Assembly: GCA_016748015.1 (NCBI GenBank)
Contig: JAAOMT010000034.1
Span: 248,001-312,000, forward strand
Direction of reading: 5' to 3'
DNA from: Geosiphon pyriformis uo1
Lineage: Eukaryota; Fungi; Glomeromycota
DNA length: 64,000 nucleotides
In this document: positions 11,274-22,524 of the stretch, one piece after another
Position numbering within the stretch: position 1 is the stretch's first letter
Layout of the letters: the number at the start of each line of letters is the position of its first letter
Program-made: the position numbers and the translations under genes
Notes under the pieces: model-generated
The model's input: the letters and a program-made list of their open reading frames with translations, nothing else
What the model was told of the DNA's origin: nothing
Databases searched by the model: none

Positions 11274-14200
11274 AATATCTTCCTCATTGTCACTATACTA
11301 TTTCAACTCTTGTTCTTTGGAGAGATCTGGTAGTGCAATGTATTATTCATAGTTTAAATCGGAGTTTGAATCTGAGTTTGAATTGTCTTTGTTGTCATTG
11401 CCATTTTGAATGGAGCTTGAACTGGTGTTTTTGTCATCGTTATTGGAGTCTGGATCACGATTGATCAGCAATTCTGATTCCAATGCACAGCTGCTAATTG
11501 GTTCTTCTTCTTCAGGAATTGTGTAGATCATGCATGGTGGTGGATTGTAAATGAGGTCACAATTGTCACAATATTCAAAGTCACTGGGAATTAAATAATG
11601 GCAACACAGTCTTGTATTTAACTGTGCTAATCGTTGTTCTTGCTTTTCTCTAGTGGATGCCAATTTTTGGTAGTGTTCATAGAACTCTTCTGGTTCCAGA
11701 AAATTTATGACTGGCTCTGTGTCCCAGTTAAGCTTAATGGGTTCTGGTGGGTTGTTTTTAATTGTCCTAATTTCTTCTGGCGATGCACTTTCAATTTTGG
11801 CAATTGCCATCCACCATAATTCATCATCATTATGTGGACAACTGTCCAATTGCTGTACAGCTCTTCTCCAGATGGCTTCTATGGATGTTTTTTTTTCGAC
11901 CCAGTTATTGATGAGAATCATGTATTGGCAAAACACATCGCATATTCCTCCTCTCCCCAGAATGTCATTCCACATTCTTTCGTCAAGGAAAGTTTCTCCA
12001 CAGGCTACACGTGGTGTATTATCTCATTTTCCCACTTGTTTTGGTTTTTCAAAATGTTCGACGTGGCATGCACGGCAATAGAACTTGGTTGCCATCTGAT
12101 ATTCTTCATTATTGTCACAGCATGTGCCCATTAATGACAATTTTTTGCTGCAATCAATGCATATCAGTTTGGGTCGGCAATAAGTCAATGATTGTTGTTG
12201 ACCATAGGTGTATGAGATATAAGTGTTGTTGGCTTGAGTGTTTTCTTTCTCCCTCTTTTTCCACTTCCAACTTGATAGTTCTTTCTGTTTGTTGTCAGTC
12301 CAAGTCAAATCATCTGTTTCCCAGGTCAGTTCCTCTTTTTGCTTTCCCTTAGGGTTGTCATTCCATGAGAGTATTAGTGGTAGTTCGTTGTGGTCAGCAT
12401 CAGCCCAGGAGACTTGGTAAGCTTTCCAGGTAGGTTTTTTTTTCTCCTCCTCCAGTTTGATCAATAGTTTCTCTCTTAGAGGAGTCTTGAAATGGCCACA
12501 CGTGGCTGGTACACATATGTGTCAGCCCTGATATATTAGCTGGAGTTCCTGGGTGTTCCAGTCTAATGTCGTGTTGACTTTGGATAACCAGTCATTACCA
12601 ACAAGAGCTTGATATTGAGTGGCTTCCATCACTAGAACTTTAATGGAAGTCATGATGCCATTAACTTCAAAAGAGAAGTCAGCAATTTCGCCGATTGGAG
12701 TTTTGGTTGCTCTATCGGCTGTGATGATTCTAGCACTGGCAGCTCAATCAACTCAGCAACCTAATTGATCCATGAGTTGTCGGGTAATGATGCTGCCTGC
12801 TGAACCACTGTCAAGAATCAATTTGATGGATTGTCCCTCGACTTTGGTATCAGTGTATATCACGGTGATTGGTTTGGCTTCAAGAGTGGCTCCACTAAAT
12901 AATAGTGTTGCAGTTGTTTCCTCGAATTCAAATGGAAATATAGCAGCCAAAAACTTGTCTTTAGTGATAGTAGCAGGTGGAATATTACTAGTGAGTAGTT
13001 GTTTTTGGGCAAATGCCGGGTTATTGGTTGAGGCGTCTTCTGGGGTGACCAGGAGACTTAAATAGTTCTGGAAATTTGGGTTCTGGGGTTGACCGGCACC
13101 CGAATTCCACTGGTGTAATCCAGATGGTTGTTGTGAAGAACTGGGGATCAGTTGATGGATTACCATTGCCGATTTCTAGCTCTGTTGAGTCATTCTTGGT
13201 TTTTGGGTTCCATTGAGTAATAAGCTTTGAGGTGGTATTTGGATTTGTTGGGGCTGATAGATTATTTGTGGCTGCGATTGTTGATAAATTACTTGTGGCT
13301 GCAGTTGATAGATTGGAGCTTAATACACTGGAGATTGATAGACTGATGACTGTGTCACTGGTAGGTAAGCGGATTGGTTTTGATTTGGATACTGATTTGG
13401 AGTTTGGAACTAGTGATCAGGGTTTCAATATTAATTTCCTGATCATTGGTTATTTAACTGCTGATATGTCCTTGTTTACTACAATAGTGGCAGATACGTG
13501 TTTCCTGTTGTCACTGTTGATTGGTCGATAAAGATAGATGTGGTTGATTTTGGGCACAATTAGAGTTTCCTTGATTATTGCATCATTGTGGAGGCTGATA
13601 AATGGCGTGATTGTCAGCTAAGTATCCTTCCAATTTGGAATCCAATTCAGATGATCCATTCATTACTAGATTAATGACTTGGGCATGGTTAGCCTCTGAC
13701 TTCGCAGATTCAAAATCTCTGGCACGTGTGACTATGTCTTGAAGGGTGCCTGAATGCAATGGATGTACATGTTGTAAGATGCTGCTGTACAGGCCATGGA
13801 TAAACTGATTAAGTATCTGTGGGGCTGTGAAATAGTTGGTGTCAATTGCTTGAATTTGGTGCAGGTTTCGATGGAAGCATCCCAAGTAAGTGGTGACTGC
13901 TTCAGTTTCTCCTTGTTTTATGGTGGTGAATGTATTGACTAGGCAATTGATGCTGTTATTTTTGCTGAAGTATCTTAGGAATTCTGCTTTGAAGGCATTA
14001 AAATCTTGTGGTTTATTAACCAAGCTCTAATACCATAAATTGGCAGTATTCTTAAGAAAGTAGGGAATGGCTTGTATTGTTTGGGCATTATTTCATCCAT
14101 TGGCTGCGATGGTCTTTTCTACATCATTTAGCCATACTTAAGCATCATTCTTTTTGCCAGTAAAGTTGTCAAGTTTTGTGATTGGTGCATAGGCCATTGG

Positions 14201-14354
14201 ATCTACGTTAGGTGGTTGTGGTAGTTGTTGAAGCAGTTGTTGTTGTATTGGTTGTTGAAGTGGTAGTTGAAGTGGCTGTTGTATGGATTCGGCTATGGGA
14301 TTAATTGGCAGTTAATCAATGACGATTACCGGAGGTAAGTTTTGCTGATTAATT

Positions 14355-14545
14355 AATTCGGGGTTTGGATTGTTCTGCCTTTGATGATTCGGAGTTTCAA
14401 TTTCTGGGTTTTTTAGATTTAGATTTTGCTGAGTTTGAAAATTCAGGATTTGGATTGTTCTGCCTTTGATAATTCGGAGTTTCGATTTCCGGGTTTTTTA
14501 GATTTAGATTTTGCTGAGTTTGAAAATTTGGGGTTTCAATTTCTG
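14355..14545 (-). repeat. ~85-bp tandem duplication in the gag of B (Q/N/P-rich linker)
   Basis: Unit aattcggggtttggattgttctgcctttgat...ttgctgagtttgaa starts at 14355 and 14440, with a partial copy at 14525. Confidence 0.8.
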
Positions 14546-15306
14546 AGTTTTTAGTGATCGGGTACTGGTAAATGAATTCTTAATCCTCTGATTCTTCTTC
14601 CTTTTTTTCTAATTCTGCTGCTTCCCATGGATCAGAGATTCTGAAATCTGGTGGAGGCGGTGGTGATTGAAGTTCTGATAGGGTTGATGATTGTGAATTA
14701 AATCCCTCAAAGTATTTGCCATATGGTCCTAATAATTCTGTTTTCCTCTGTCTACTTTGGAATGGAAATTGTCCAAATGCTGATGTCGCAGTTGATGAGA
14801 ACGCATCTGTTGATGATATGTTAATGGTGCTTCCAGGTGTATAGTGGTAGGATGGATTGCTTGGGGATTCAATTCTGTTTTTCTTCCAAATAGGTGGCTG
14901 TATTTTTCTGGGTGTTACTGCTGGTGTTTGTAGTTTTTCCTTGTCTTTACTAGCGTATGTAATTGGATATCTTTGTTGAGTGTGGTGTTCAATTTCTTTG
15001 TTGATCTCAGTGATAATGGATGTGAAATTATGATTTGTTGGTAGGTTGGTGTTTTGAATTAACTCCCTATAGAAAGTTTCTCTTGCTGATTCAGTATTCA
15101 CTGGTGTTCCTAATAAAAAAAAAATCTTTTTATTGACGTAGAAATTGAAGACTGATTCAATAGATATATGATTGTGATTTAATCCCAAGTATTGACAATA
15201 GTGTTGAAATAAGGATTTTGCAAATCCTAAATGGTTTGCTCCTATATTTTCTGATTCTGCCACTTTTGGATGGTGTTTGTTGGTACTGGTTCTTTGTAGG
15301 ATTATA

Positions 15307-15323
15307 CCTCACAGGAAGCACCA
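15307..15323 (-). other. Primer-binding site of B (probably tRNA-Ile(UAU)-like)
   Basis: Minus strand TGGTGCTTCCTGTGAGG lies 2 nt inside the 5' LTR. The tRNA identity is inferred from resemblance to the CCTCAC...AGCACCA 3' end of eukaryotic Ile-UAU tRNAs. Confidence 0.75.
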
Positions 15324-15325
15324 AA

Positions 15326-16205
15326 TGTTACAGATGATTATTTCTGTTGTTAAATTAAATAACAAATCCATAACTTGGTGCTCAAAAGCTATTTCCGTGG
15401 ATAAGGTTCTGCAAGAATTATATCTGAAGGTTTTGATAGAGTTCTTTGTATAATGGACAGAGATTCAATAGTGTCGATAATAGATGTATCTTTTCAAGAG
15501 TTTTCCCAATTTCTTTCTTAGCGTGGTGGCCGGATTTAGTCTGGCAGTTATGCCCTTCTAGTAAGCTATCTGATAATATATAAAATCTTACCCTTATTTC
15601 TGGGTCTTTTACCAGGCTATCCTTGATGTCAATAACTCAGTGCTTAATCTTTTAATCAATTAGTATACAACAACAAAATCAAAAAAAGAAAGAAAATAAA
15701 ATAAAAAAAATAAAAATAAAGAAAATAGAGAAAATAAGCCAAGACAATTTGGTATATTAGTATCTCGTCAATAGCCATAATCAAGAGCTATTGTTCCAGC
15801 ATAGTTAAGTATTAATTACTATCAACATGAAGTGTTGATAGTAGAGAGTGAGTTGAGATATGGAATAATTATTTATTTGATGGTTGGAAACTGGAATGTT
15901 TCTTAGATTAAATCTAATTGAGAGGTCTGTCTTTTCAGCTTCTAATCCTACTGCTATATATACATAATTGAGATTCCTCAATTTCTCAATTCTTTACAAC
16001 AAGAATCCTGGAATTTCTGGAATCCTGCAATTCTTTTGAGAGAAATCCTGGAATTCTGAAATCCTGCGATTTCTCGTCGGAGAATCCTGAAATTCCTGGA
16101 ATCCTGCAATTTCTGAGAGGAATCCTGAAATTCCACATTTACTATGCCTACTTCTAATTGGCTATTAATCATGCTAATATATTTTCTATATTTCTATGAG
16201 TAACA
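15326..16205 (-). repeat. 5' LTR of element B
   Basis: Pairs with 6032-6908; followed (on the minus strand) by the PBS. Confidence 0.95.
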
Positions 16206-16495
16206 ATAGACCATTTCACATAGAAAAAATTCTTGGAAATAAAGCTTATAAACTAAGATGGGACAACAAAATTTTAGTCAAAACAGCACATGGTGATTGA
16301 CTGAAACCATACTACCAGATAGCATCATCATCCACCAATAACATTTCACAACTGGGAGTACAAAGAATATTAGTTCAACCAAATAAGATTCCACAAGATC
16401 TAAAACCAATCATAATCATTGGGCCAAACACGTAAAATCAAACAATAAAAGAGTATATAAAGACACAGTATACATGACAAAGGCAACCAAGAAAA

Positions 16496-17125
16496 ATGGA
16501 AATACCAGATCATATTTATGCTATAGCTCAACAATTATTCCAGACCTTAAGTTAACAACCTTTAGACATGGAAATTATTGTTAACAACCAAACAATTTGC
16601 TATCAAAACACCAAAAAAAAGACAAAGAATACATCATATCAGTGGTTACCAAAGAATAATAAAAACTGGTCAAACAACATAATAGAAAAATTAAAAAACA
16701 CTTTTGGGAAAATACTTATTATAGCACCAACAAAAGAACTTACAAAAAAGAATTGGAAGCAATGAACAGAATAACTTCCAATATCATACTGTTACTACCA
16801 GCTAGGTCGAAAGTTGAATATTCAGGAGTTGTATATCAACAAATCCAAGAGAGTATTTAACCAAAACATAATACAGCAAATTAAAGAATTTATTGGGAAA
16901 AAGATGAACTTGACACTACATATGAGAACAATTTATCGACTACAGAACATATTTCAGAACTATCCAGAAATACTGTTACACTCTGACATGAAAACCATAA
17001 CCATTAACCAATGGGGAAGAATAAATAATACACAAGTAGAAGATGTAAAGAACAGAGTCGAACAAACAATACTTGAAAAGAAAGTATTAGAATTAATTCA
17101 AAACGAAGATCTCGATAAAGCTTAA
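16496..17125 (+). pseudogene. Accessory ORF3 of A (~210 aa, unknown function)
   Basis: MEIPDHIYAIAQQLFQ...CYYQLGRKLNIQELYINK...DLDKA*; ORFs 16568 and 16814 are in the same frame; collinear with ORF3 of B. Confidence 0.75.
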
Positions 17126-17144
17126 TATTAAAAAGAAGAGATAA

Positions 17145-18035
17145 TATTACTCATAAAAAGAAAACAGATATAGAAAATAGCAGACCAATAAAAGAATAGT
17201 AATTAGCACGTGAGCATATTGCTCAGCAATGTGGAGCAATGTCAGAAATCATGGCACATTGTTTAGCAATATGGAGTGATGTTAGAAAATTAGAGCACAT
17301 CACTTAGCAATGTAAACATTGCTCAAAAAATCATAGCACATTACTTAGCAATGTGAGCATTGCTCAAGAAATCATAACACATCACTTGGAAATATGAACA
17401 ATCTCGTAGAACATCAATTATGTATATATAGCAGTAGTATTAGAGGTAGAAAAAGCAGAATCTTTTAGTTAGAAATCTTCTATCCACAAATATTAAATAA
17501 ATAAATCATCTACTATCCAAATTCACTCTCCACTATCAACACTTTATGTTGATAGTAATTGATACTTAACTACACTGGAACAATAGCTCTTGATCATGGC
17601 TATTAACAAGATACTAATTTGCACATTGCCTTGGCTTTTTTTTTTATTTCCTTTTATTTTTCTTTCATTCTTTGATTTTTCTTGTTGAATACTAACTGAT
17701 TAAGGATTAAAGCACTAAGTAATTGACATCACAAATAGCCTGGTAAAAGACCCAGAAATAAGGGTAAAATTATATATATATTATCAGATAGCTTACCAGA
17801 AAGGCACAAATGCCAAAATAAATCTGGCCACCAAGCTGAGAAAAAAATTGGGAAAACAACTTGAGAATACAACTACCATCAACCTTAAAAGATCTCTGTC
17901 CATTATACAAAAGACTCAACTTTAAAAACTTTCAGATACAACTAACATACCAGTATCACCAGCATTGTCAAGATATTAAGCACCAAGTTACAGATTTGTT
18001 ATTTGATTTGAGACCCCAAATAATCATTTGTAATA
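17145..18035 (+). repeat. 3' LTR of element A
   Basis: Follows PPT aaaaagaagagataa; ends TATTAC...GTAATA (decayed TG...CA); the portion downstream of the TATA box aligns with the B LTR. Confidence 0.88.
17213..17415 (+). repeat. U3 tandem array of A: ~5 x ~41 bp, each with a decayed palindrome CACATCGCT-N-AGCGATGTG
   Basis: Variants catattgctcagcaatgtg, cacattgtttagcaatatg, cacatcacttagcaatgta, cacattacttagcaatgtg; followed by TATATATAG at ~17423. Confidence 0.8.
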
Positions 18036-21000
18036 ATGGGAATGACCACTGTTTTGTTATTATTGATGGAAATGTCATTTATCTGGAAAAATTCACTAGC
18101 AATGTTAAAAATATGTTGAGTAGCTGTCCGACTATTACCAACCCAAATTGTATCATCAACAAAAGCACCAGCTGTAAAAAAAGAAGAAAGTCTAATTTGG
18201 GACTCAGCACAATTATTCTTTAAAATAAAATAAGAACTTAATCTATAACCACACATGCTTTTCTGCTTCTTGACTTTGCACAGTAAAGGATCATAAAATA
18301 CATGCCACAAAAGAAGAGAAAAGACTTCTCCTTGGTTCAAACCATCATGTACACAGTAACTATCCATCAACCCAAAGTCAGTCATCACCCTGTTGGTACA
18401 ATTTTTATAAATACCACCAAAAAACCAAATAAACTTGTTGCACATCTTGATCTTGACCAAACTTTTCTTGAAATGTTCCCAGCCAACTGAATCATATGCT
18501 TTCTGCATATCCTACAAAACCAGCCAGAGTTCTCAATTCTTTTCCAATGCATCCTCAACTACTGAACCAACTGCAAAAATAGGAGACTGAGTTGTTGTAC
18601 CCTTTAAAACCAAAAAATTGTCCTCACAAAAAACATTAAAGTGCTGTATGCCAAAGAAATCCTATTAGAAAGAATCTTAGAAAGAATCTTATGAGCTGTC
18701 TCAATCAAAGCTATAAAGCGGATATTCATGAGAACATCCTCCCACTCATATGGTTTAGGAATCATTGAGACCCAAGCTTCCAACCAAGGTCTGGGCACTA
18801 ATTTGCAAGATAAACAAAAGTTCAAAAGCACTAAAAGCATATCCAAAATTGATTTGTCACAATGTTTCCAAAGCTTGTTTGTGATACCCAAAAGACCAGC
18901 AGCTTTGCCATTAGGCAGATTGGAAATCACATCAAACAGCTTACTAAGCTCAATTAAATACATTATACCAGAAAAAGTTTCATCAAAAACATATTCCAAT
19001 GGCCAATATTGGTGAGACCAAATATCAGAGACATTAGCAACCACATTATGCTTCCTGGTCTATTCTTTCATAATAATATTCACCTTAGATTTAACTAAAC
19101 TGGGCTCCAAAATAAGCTTGTCATCAACCACCAAGTGGTCCAGAACACTCCTAATAGTATAACTCTTATTCGTCTTGAAGCTTTCTATCCTCCTATCTAT
19201 AGCAGATTTAATGTTCACTTCCCTAGCTGCCAGGGATTCAGCAAGCTTGGATGTGCGATATGACTTCCTAATACCAGAGAGAGCAGAATAAACATGACTA
19301 GAGTTTATACCAAAGTCTATAAAATCTTGAATAACTGAGGCTTTGACACTGTCTAAAGAGTCCCAGCACTTCATAAAAAAGATAAAACTGACACCACTTT
19401 CTTTATGAGAGGCCTTGATAATTTTTGAAACCAAAAGTTCCAATCTGTGAAACTTCAAAAAAACTTTGGTGAACACACTGTCAAAATCTTTGAACCACTT
19501 TTTTCTAAATATCTTATTCGCTAAAAGCATCATTATTTTACATAAAACATTTCACATGGCATCCAGGTTTGAGTGCTTAACAGTGGTATCAAACTCATTA
19601 GAGAGCATCTCAACATTGGCTGATGTGGCATTTTTAAATTTTTTCCACTTATTGACATTAGCTCCTTTGAAATCAAACTTCCACTGATCCCTATTTGCTT
19701 GCTTGTGAATAGAGTTCAACTGTATATCCAAAAGTCCACCCAAACTCACAGACATAGAAACAGCCCAATGATCAGTATCAAAAAATTCCCCAACACCACA
19801 CATATTGTGATCTGCTACAGCATTAACCAAGTTTGAGGAGATAAACAGATCATTTTAGCCACACCACAAGAGTTGGCCCAAGTAGGAGTCTTAACAAAGA
19901 AACTTTCACCAAAGGAGTTGACCAAACCAAAATCAAGGCATTTTCTGAAACTAGCACACTTATAAAAACCATCTTCATTGAAGTTACCATCCAGAACAAC
20001 AAAAGAAAACTCATTCACAACTTTGGCAATTATAGAGTTGATTTCACCAGCTTGGGAGAACCAAACCAACAAAGAAGCACCAGCATAGAGCCCCAAAATC
20101 AAAACAAAAAGTTTGTTTTTAAAAAGTAGCCTGACAGAGAGAAGCCAACCAAAAACCTCAGAAATTTTACACACATAACAAGCCAGAGAAATGTCCATAA
20201 TAATGGTGACACTAGAACCCAAGTTATCAGAGTTTATACCAGAAGTAAAAACCCAAACACCATCAAACCTATTAGCAATCCATAGACAAACCTTGCTCTG
20301 TAACTTGGTTTCAGTAATGATTAAAATCAAATTGCCCATATCCTTGTGCCAACAAACAACATTCTTCTGTTTTGCAGAATTATTCATACCCTGAACATTG
20401 CAAGTAGCAATTTTCCAAACTAGACTAATTATTGAGATGGAGAGGGAGCTAACAAATTCAAACCAGAACACAAAGAGTCCAATTTCTTCAAAACTAAACT
20501 GACTAAAACCTCCAGAGCTAACATCTTTGATTCCAAACCACCTACTTTGGTGGTAAGCACTTTTGAACTGCTCAGACTTAGTTCAAGGACAGCCTTATCA
20601 ACCAATGGGAAAGAAAAAAAAAAGGCATTACCATATCATCAACAGCCATATTCAAATCCAAAGCTAAATCCAAGAGAAAAGCAACAAGAGAGGAGGGAGC
20701 ACAAGGCAATGATGACATTGGCACCAAATTTACAAGGCTCAATTTTTTTAAAATATCCAAAACCTGATCTGACAAAAGCTCTAAGAAGCACTCCAAAGAG
20801 ACCAGACATTTGGCTAAACCAGAATTATCAAGAGGGTTGGAAGCCATTACCAAGAGTTTCATACTTAAAAGCAAACTAGCACTAGAGGAAATTGACAAAG
20901 ACACATGAAAAAGAGAACCACCTGCAACTTGAGCCCAAGATTTTCCACCAAAAGACACTAGGTGGACAACCGGAGCCTGCTTTCTCTTATAAATATTAGC

Positions 21001-22510
21001 CAAACAGACTTAATTTTAAGAAGACATTACCCTCTTATGATGAACTTCAAAATTTCCACCAACTGAACACACATTAAAAATATGACCAAATTGTTTACAC
21101 TTGGCACAGCAAGCCAAAGAAAGACCAGTCCAGTGCAAATTCACACTTTTATAAACTGGAACAAAACCAATAGCAGCCAATTTAGATGCCTCATTATCAA
21201 AACAGACCACTGCACATCTATTACAAACATATGAACCAGGATTACAACCAATAAAGCAAGTTTTCCCACCATAAGAGTTCACTAAATCCGACAAATCATA
21301 AGCAGTAGTGTCAACTGGAAGTATGTACAACAAAGTCCAATGATAATCCCTGGCCACCCATAATTCCTTGTTATTTAATGCCAATATAACATGAACAGAA
21401 TTCTTACTCACAAGAACTGACCATTTGGAAGCAACTGAGCTAGCCACATCCAATGACTCAAATTTTACTAATGCTTTTTGCCATAGCCCAATCAGTTACA
21501 TCCTAATCGAAATCACCTGATTAAATTTAGAGAACACTGATTCAATTGCCAATCTGAGAAGATCCACTGAAATCTCCTTGACTATCACTTCCCAATCTGA
21601 GCAGCTGTTTGGTTTTTTAACATCAATATATACCAGAATTTTCTTACTGATTGCCAATTTTTTGGTCTTGAACAAACTTAACTCAGAAGTAAAAGAAGAT
21701 CTAATAATGTCTGAGAGTTTTAAAAAAGCAGATATACCCCTAAAACCATCAACTTGATAAAAGATTTTTTTCACAGCAATCAACTTGTCACTGATAGTTT
21801 TGCCAGGCAAGGCAGAAATTCCAATATTCAGTGCAAATGACTTAACAAGATCAAAAATACATTTTTCCGATGCACATAATCTGACAGATTGTAATTTTTT
21901 GGAGCCTGCAAACTTAGAAGATGGAAGAGTCATTATATTATCATTATCACTTAAAACGTCAAACAAAGGAGTTTTTGGGAGTTGACCTAACACATATGTG
22001 CAAGTGCAAGTTTTTTTGAGAGTTGTGTTATCCTTCATGTCATCAACCACAGAAGTGTTCAAGTCAGTATAACTAGTTTCCTCAGTGATAGTATTTTTTA
22101 TGTTCTCTAAGTCTAACAGGCCACTCATACTACTTGTCTCGCTTTCCATTTCACTGTCTCAAGATTTTGAAAACTTACCATTAGCATTACTAATATTGGC
22201 CAGGCCCAGTAGACCAGTAGACAAATCAACCACTTCGATGTTAACTTTGGGATTCTTAGGCTTTTTGTAAGATGCACTACGAGAGTACACACTATTAACC
22301 CTCTTTTTTTTTGCATCAGGCCAGGTCTCCAAACCAGCAGAAGTAGATCCAGAGCCACTAGCAATAGGACTTGCCAGTTTCATGTTCATGAATAAAGGTA
22401 CATCTGAAGAAATAGTTGAAAATATAAAGGGAAAAGGGAGTAGGAAAAAACCTTTTTCTTTAGCAATATCTTACTTTTGTTGTGACCAAAGGATTAACAA
22501 GAGAAAGAAA
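18036..22510 (-). mobile_element. LINE1: non-LTR retrotransposon (ORF1 + APE-RT), degenerate, cut within RT by element A
   Basis: ORF1 with knuckle CAKCKQFGH (21016-21453); APE motifs KIATCNVQG, ITETKL, GNFNE, TDH; RT motifs QDMQKAYDSV, QGEVFSLLLW, AFVDD. The sequence stops at KTVVIPI at the A LTR junction. Confidence 0.9.
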
Positions 22511-22524
22511 AATTTTTTTTACTA

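Larger units (their letters stand above)
7640..15263 (-). pseudogene. Element B gag-pol polyprotein
   Basis: gag (14580-15263, 13583-14023), PR LDSGSAG (~12810), Cys-rich spacer, dUTPase, RT (FCVDY...PFGL.NAP...YLDN), RH (TDAS...EHLA), IN (HPQTNGLVERFNRTL and GPY/F-type tail). Confidence 0.93.
6032..16205 (-). mobile_element. Ty3/gypsy LTR retrotransposon B, full length (~10.2 kb), degenerate, same lineage as A
   Basis: Two ~880-bp LTRs with TGTTAC...GTAACA ends, PBS, PPT, gag-PR-dUTPase-RT-RH-IN. Decayed 4-bp TSD ACAG (6028-6031) / ATAG (16206-16209). Confidence 0.96.
1..18035 (+). mobile_element. Ty3/gypsy LTR retrotransposon A (5' end off-window), degenerate, split by element B at 6032-16205 and itself inserted in the RT of LINE1
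   Basis: Domain order: gag (CCHC knuckle CHYCGKQGHLQINC at 323), PR (LDSGSAG), dUTPase, RT (YLDD ~4047), RNase H, IN. IN stops at ...KFDSKWD (6030) and resumes at PFHIEKILGNKAYKL (~16210). PPT at 17130-17144, 3' LTR at 17145-18035. Confidence 0.93.

Noticed and set aside
7528-13531. Many plus-strand ORFs antisense to pol of B (likewise antisense ORFs over the LINEs and C)
   Set aside because: They are shadow frames of the coding strand, without recognisable domains or conservation between A and B.
16210-16430. Possible chromodomain at the integrase C-terminus
   Set aside because: Only a GPY/F-type (SH3-like) tail and a short extension are seen; there is no chromodomain aromatic-cage pattern in A, B or C.
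17213-17415. Palindromic regularly spaced repeats resembling a CRISPR array
   Set aside because: The 'spacers' are similar to each other, the array lies inside an LTR U3, the context is eukaryotic, and no cas genes are present.
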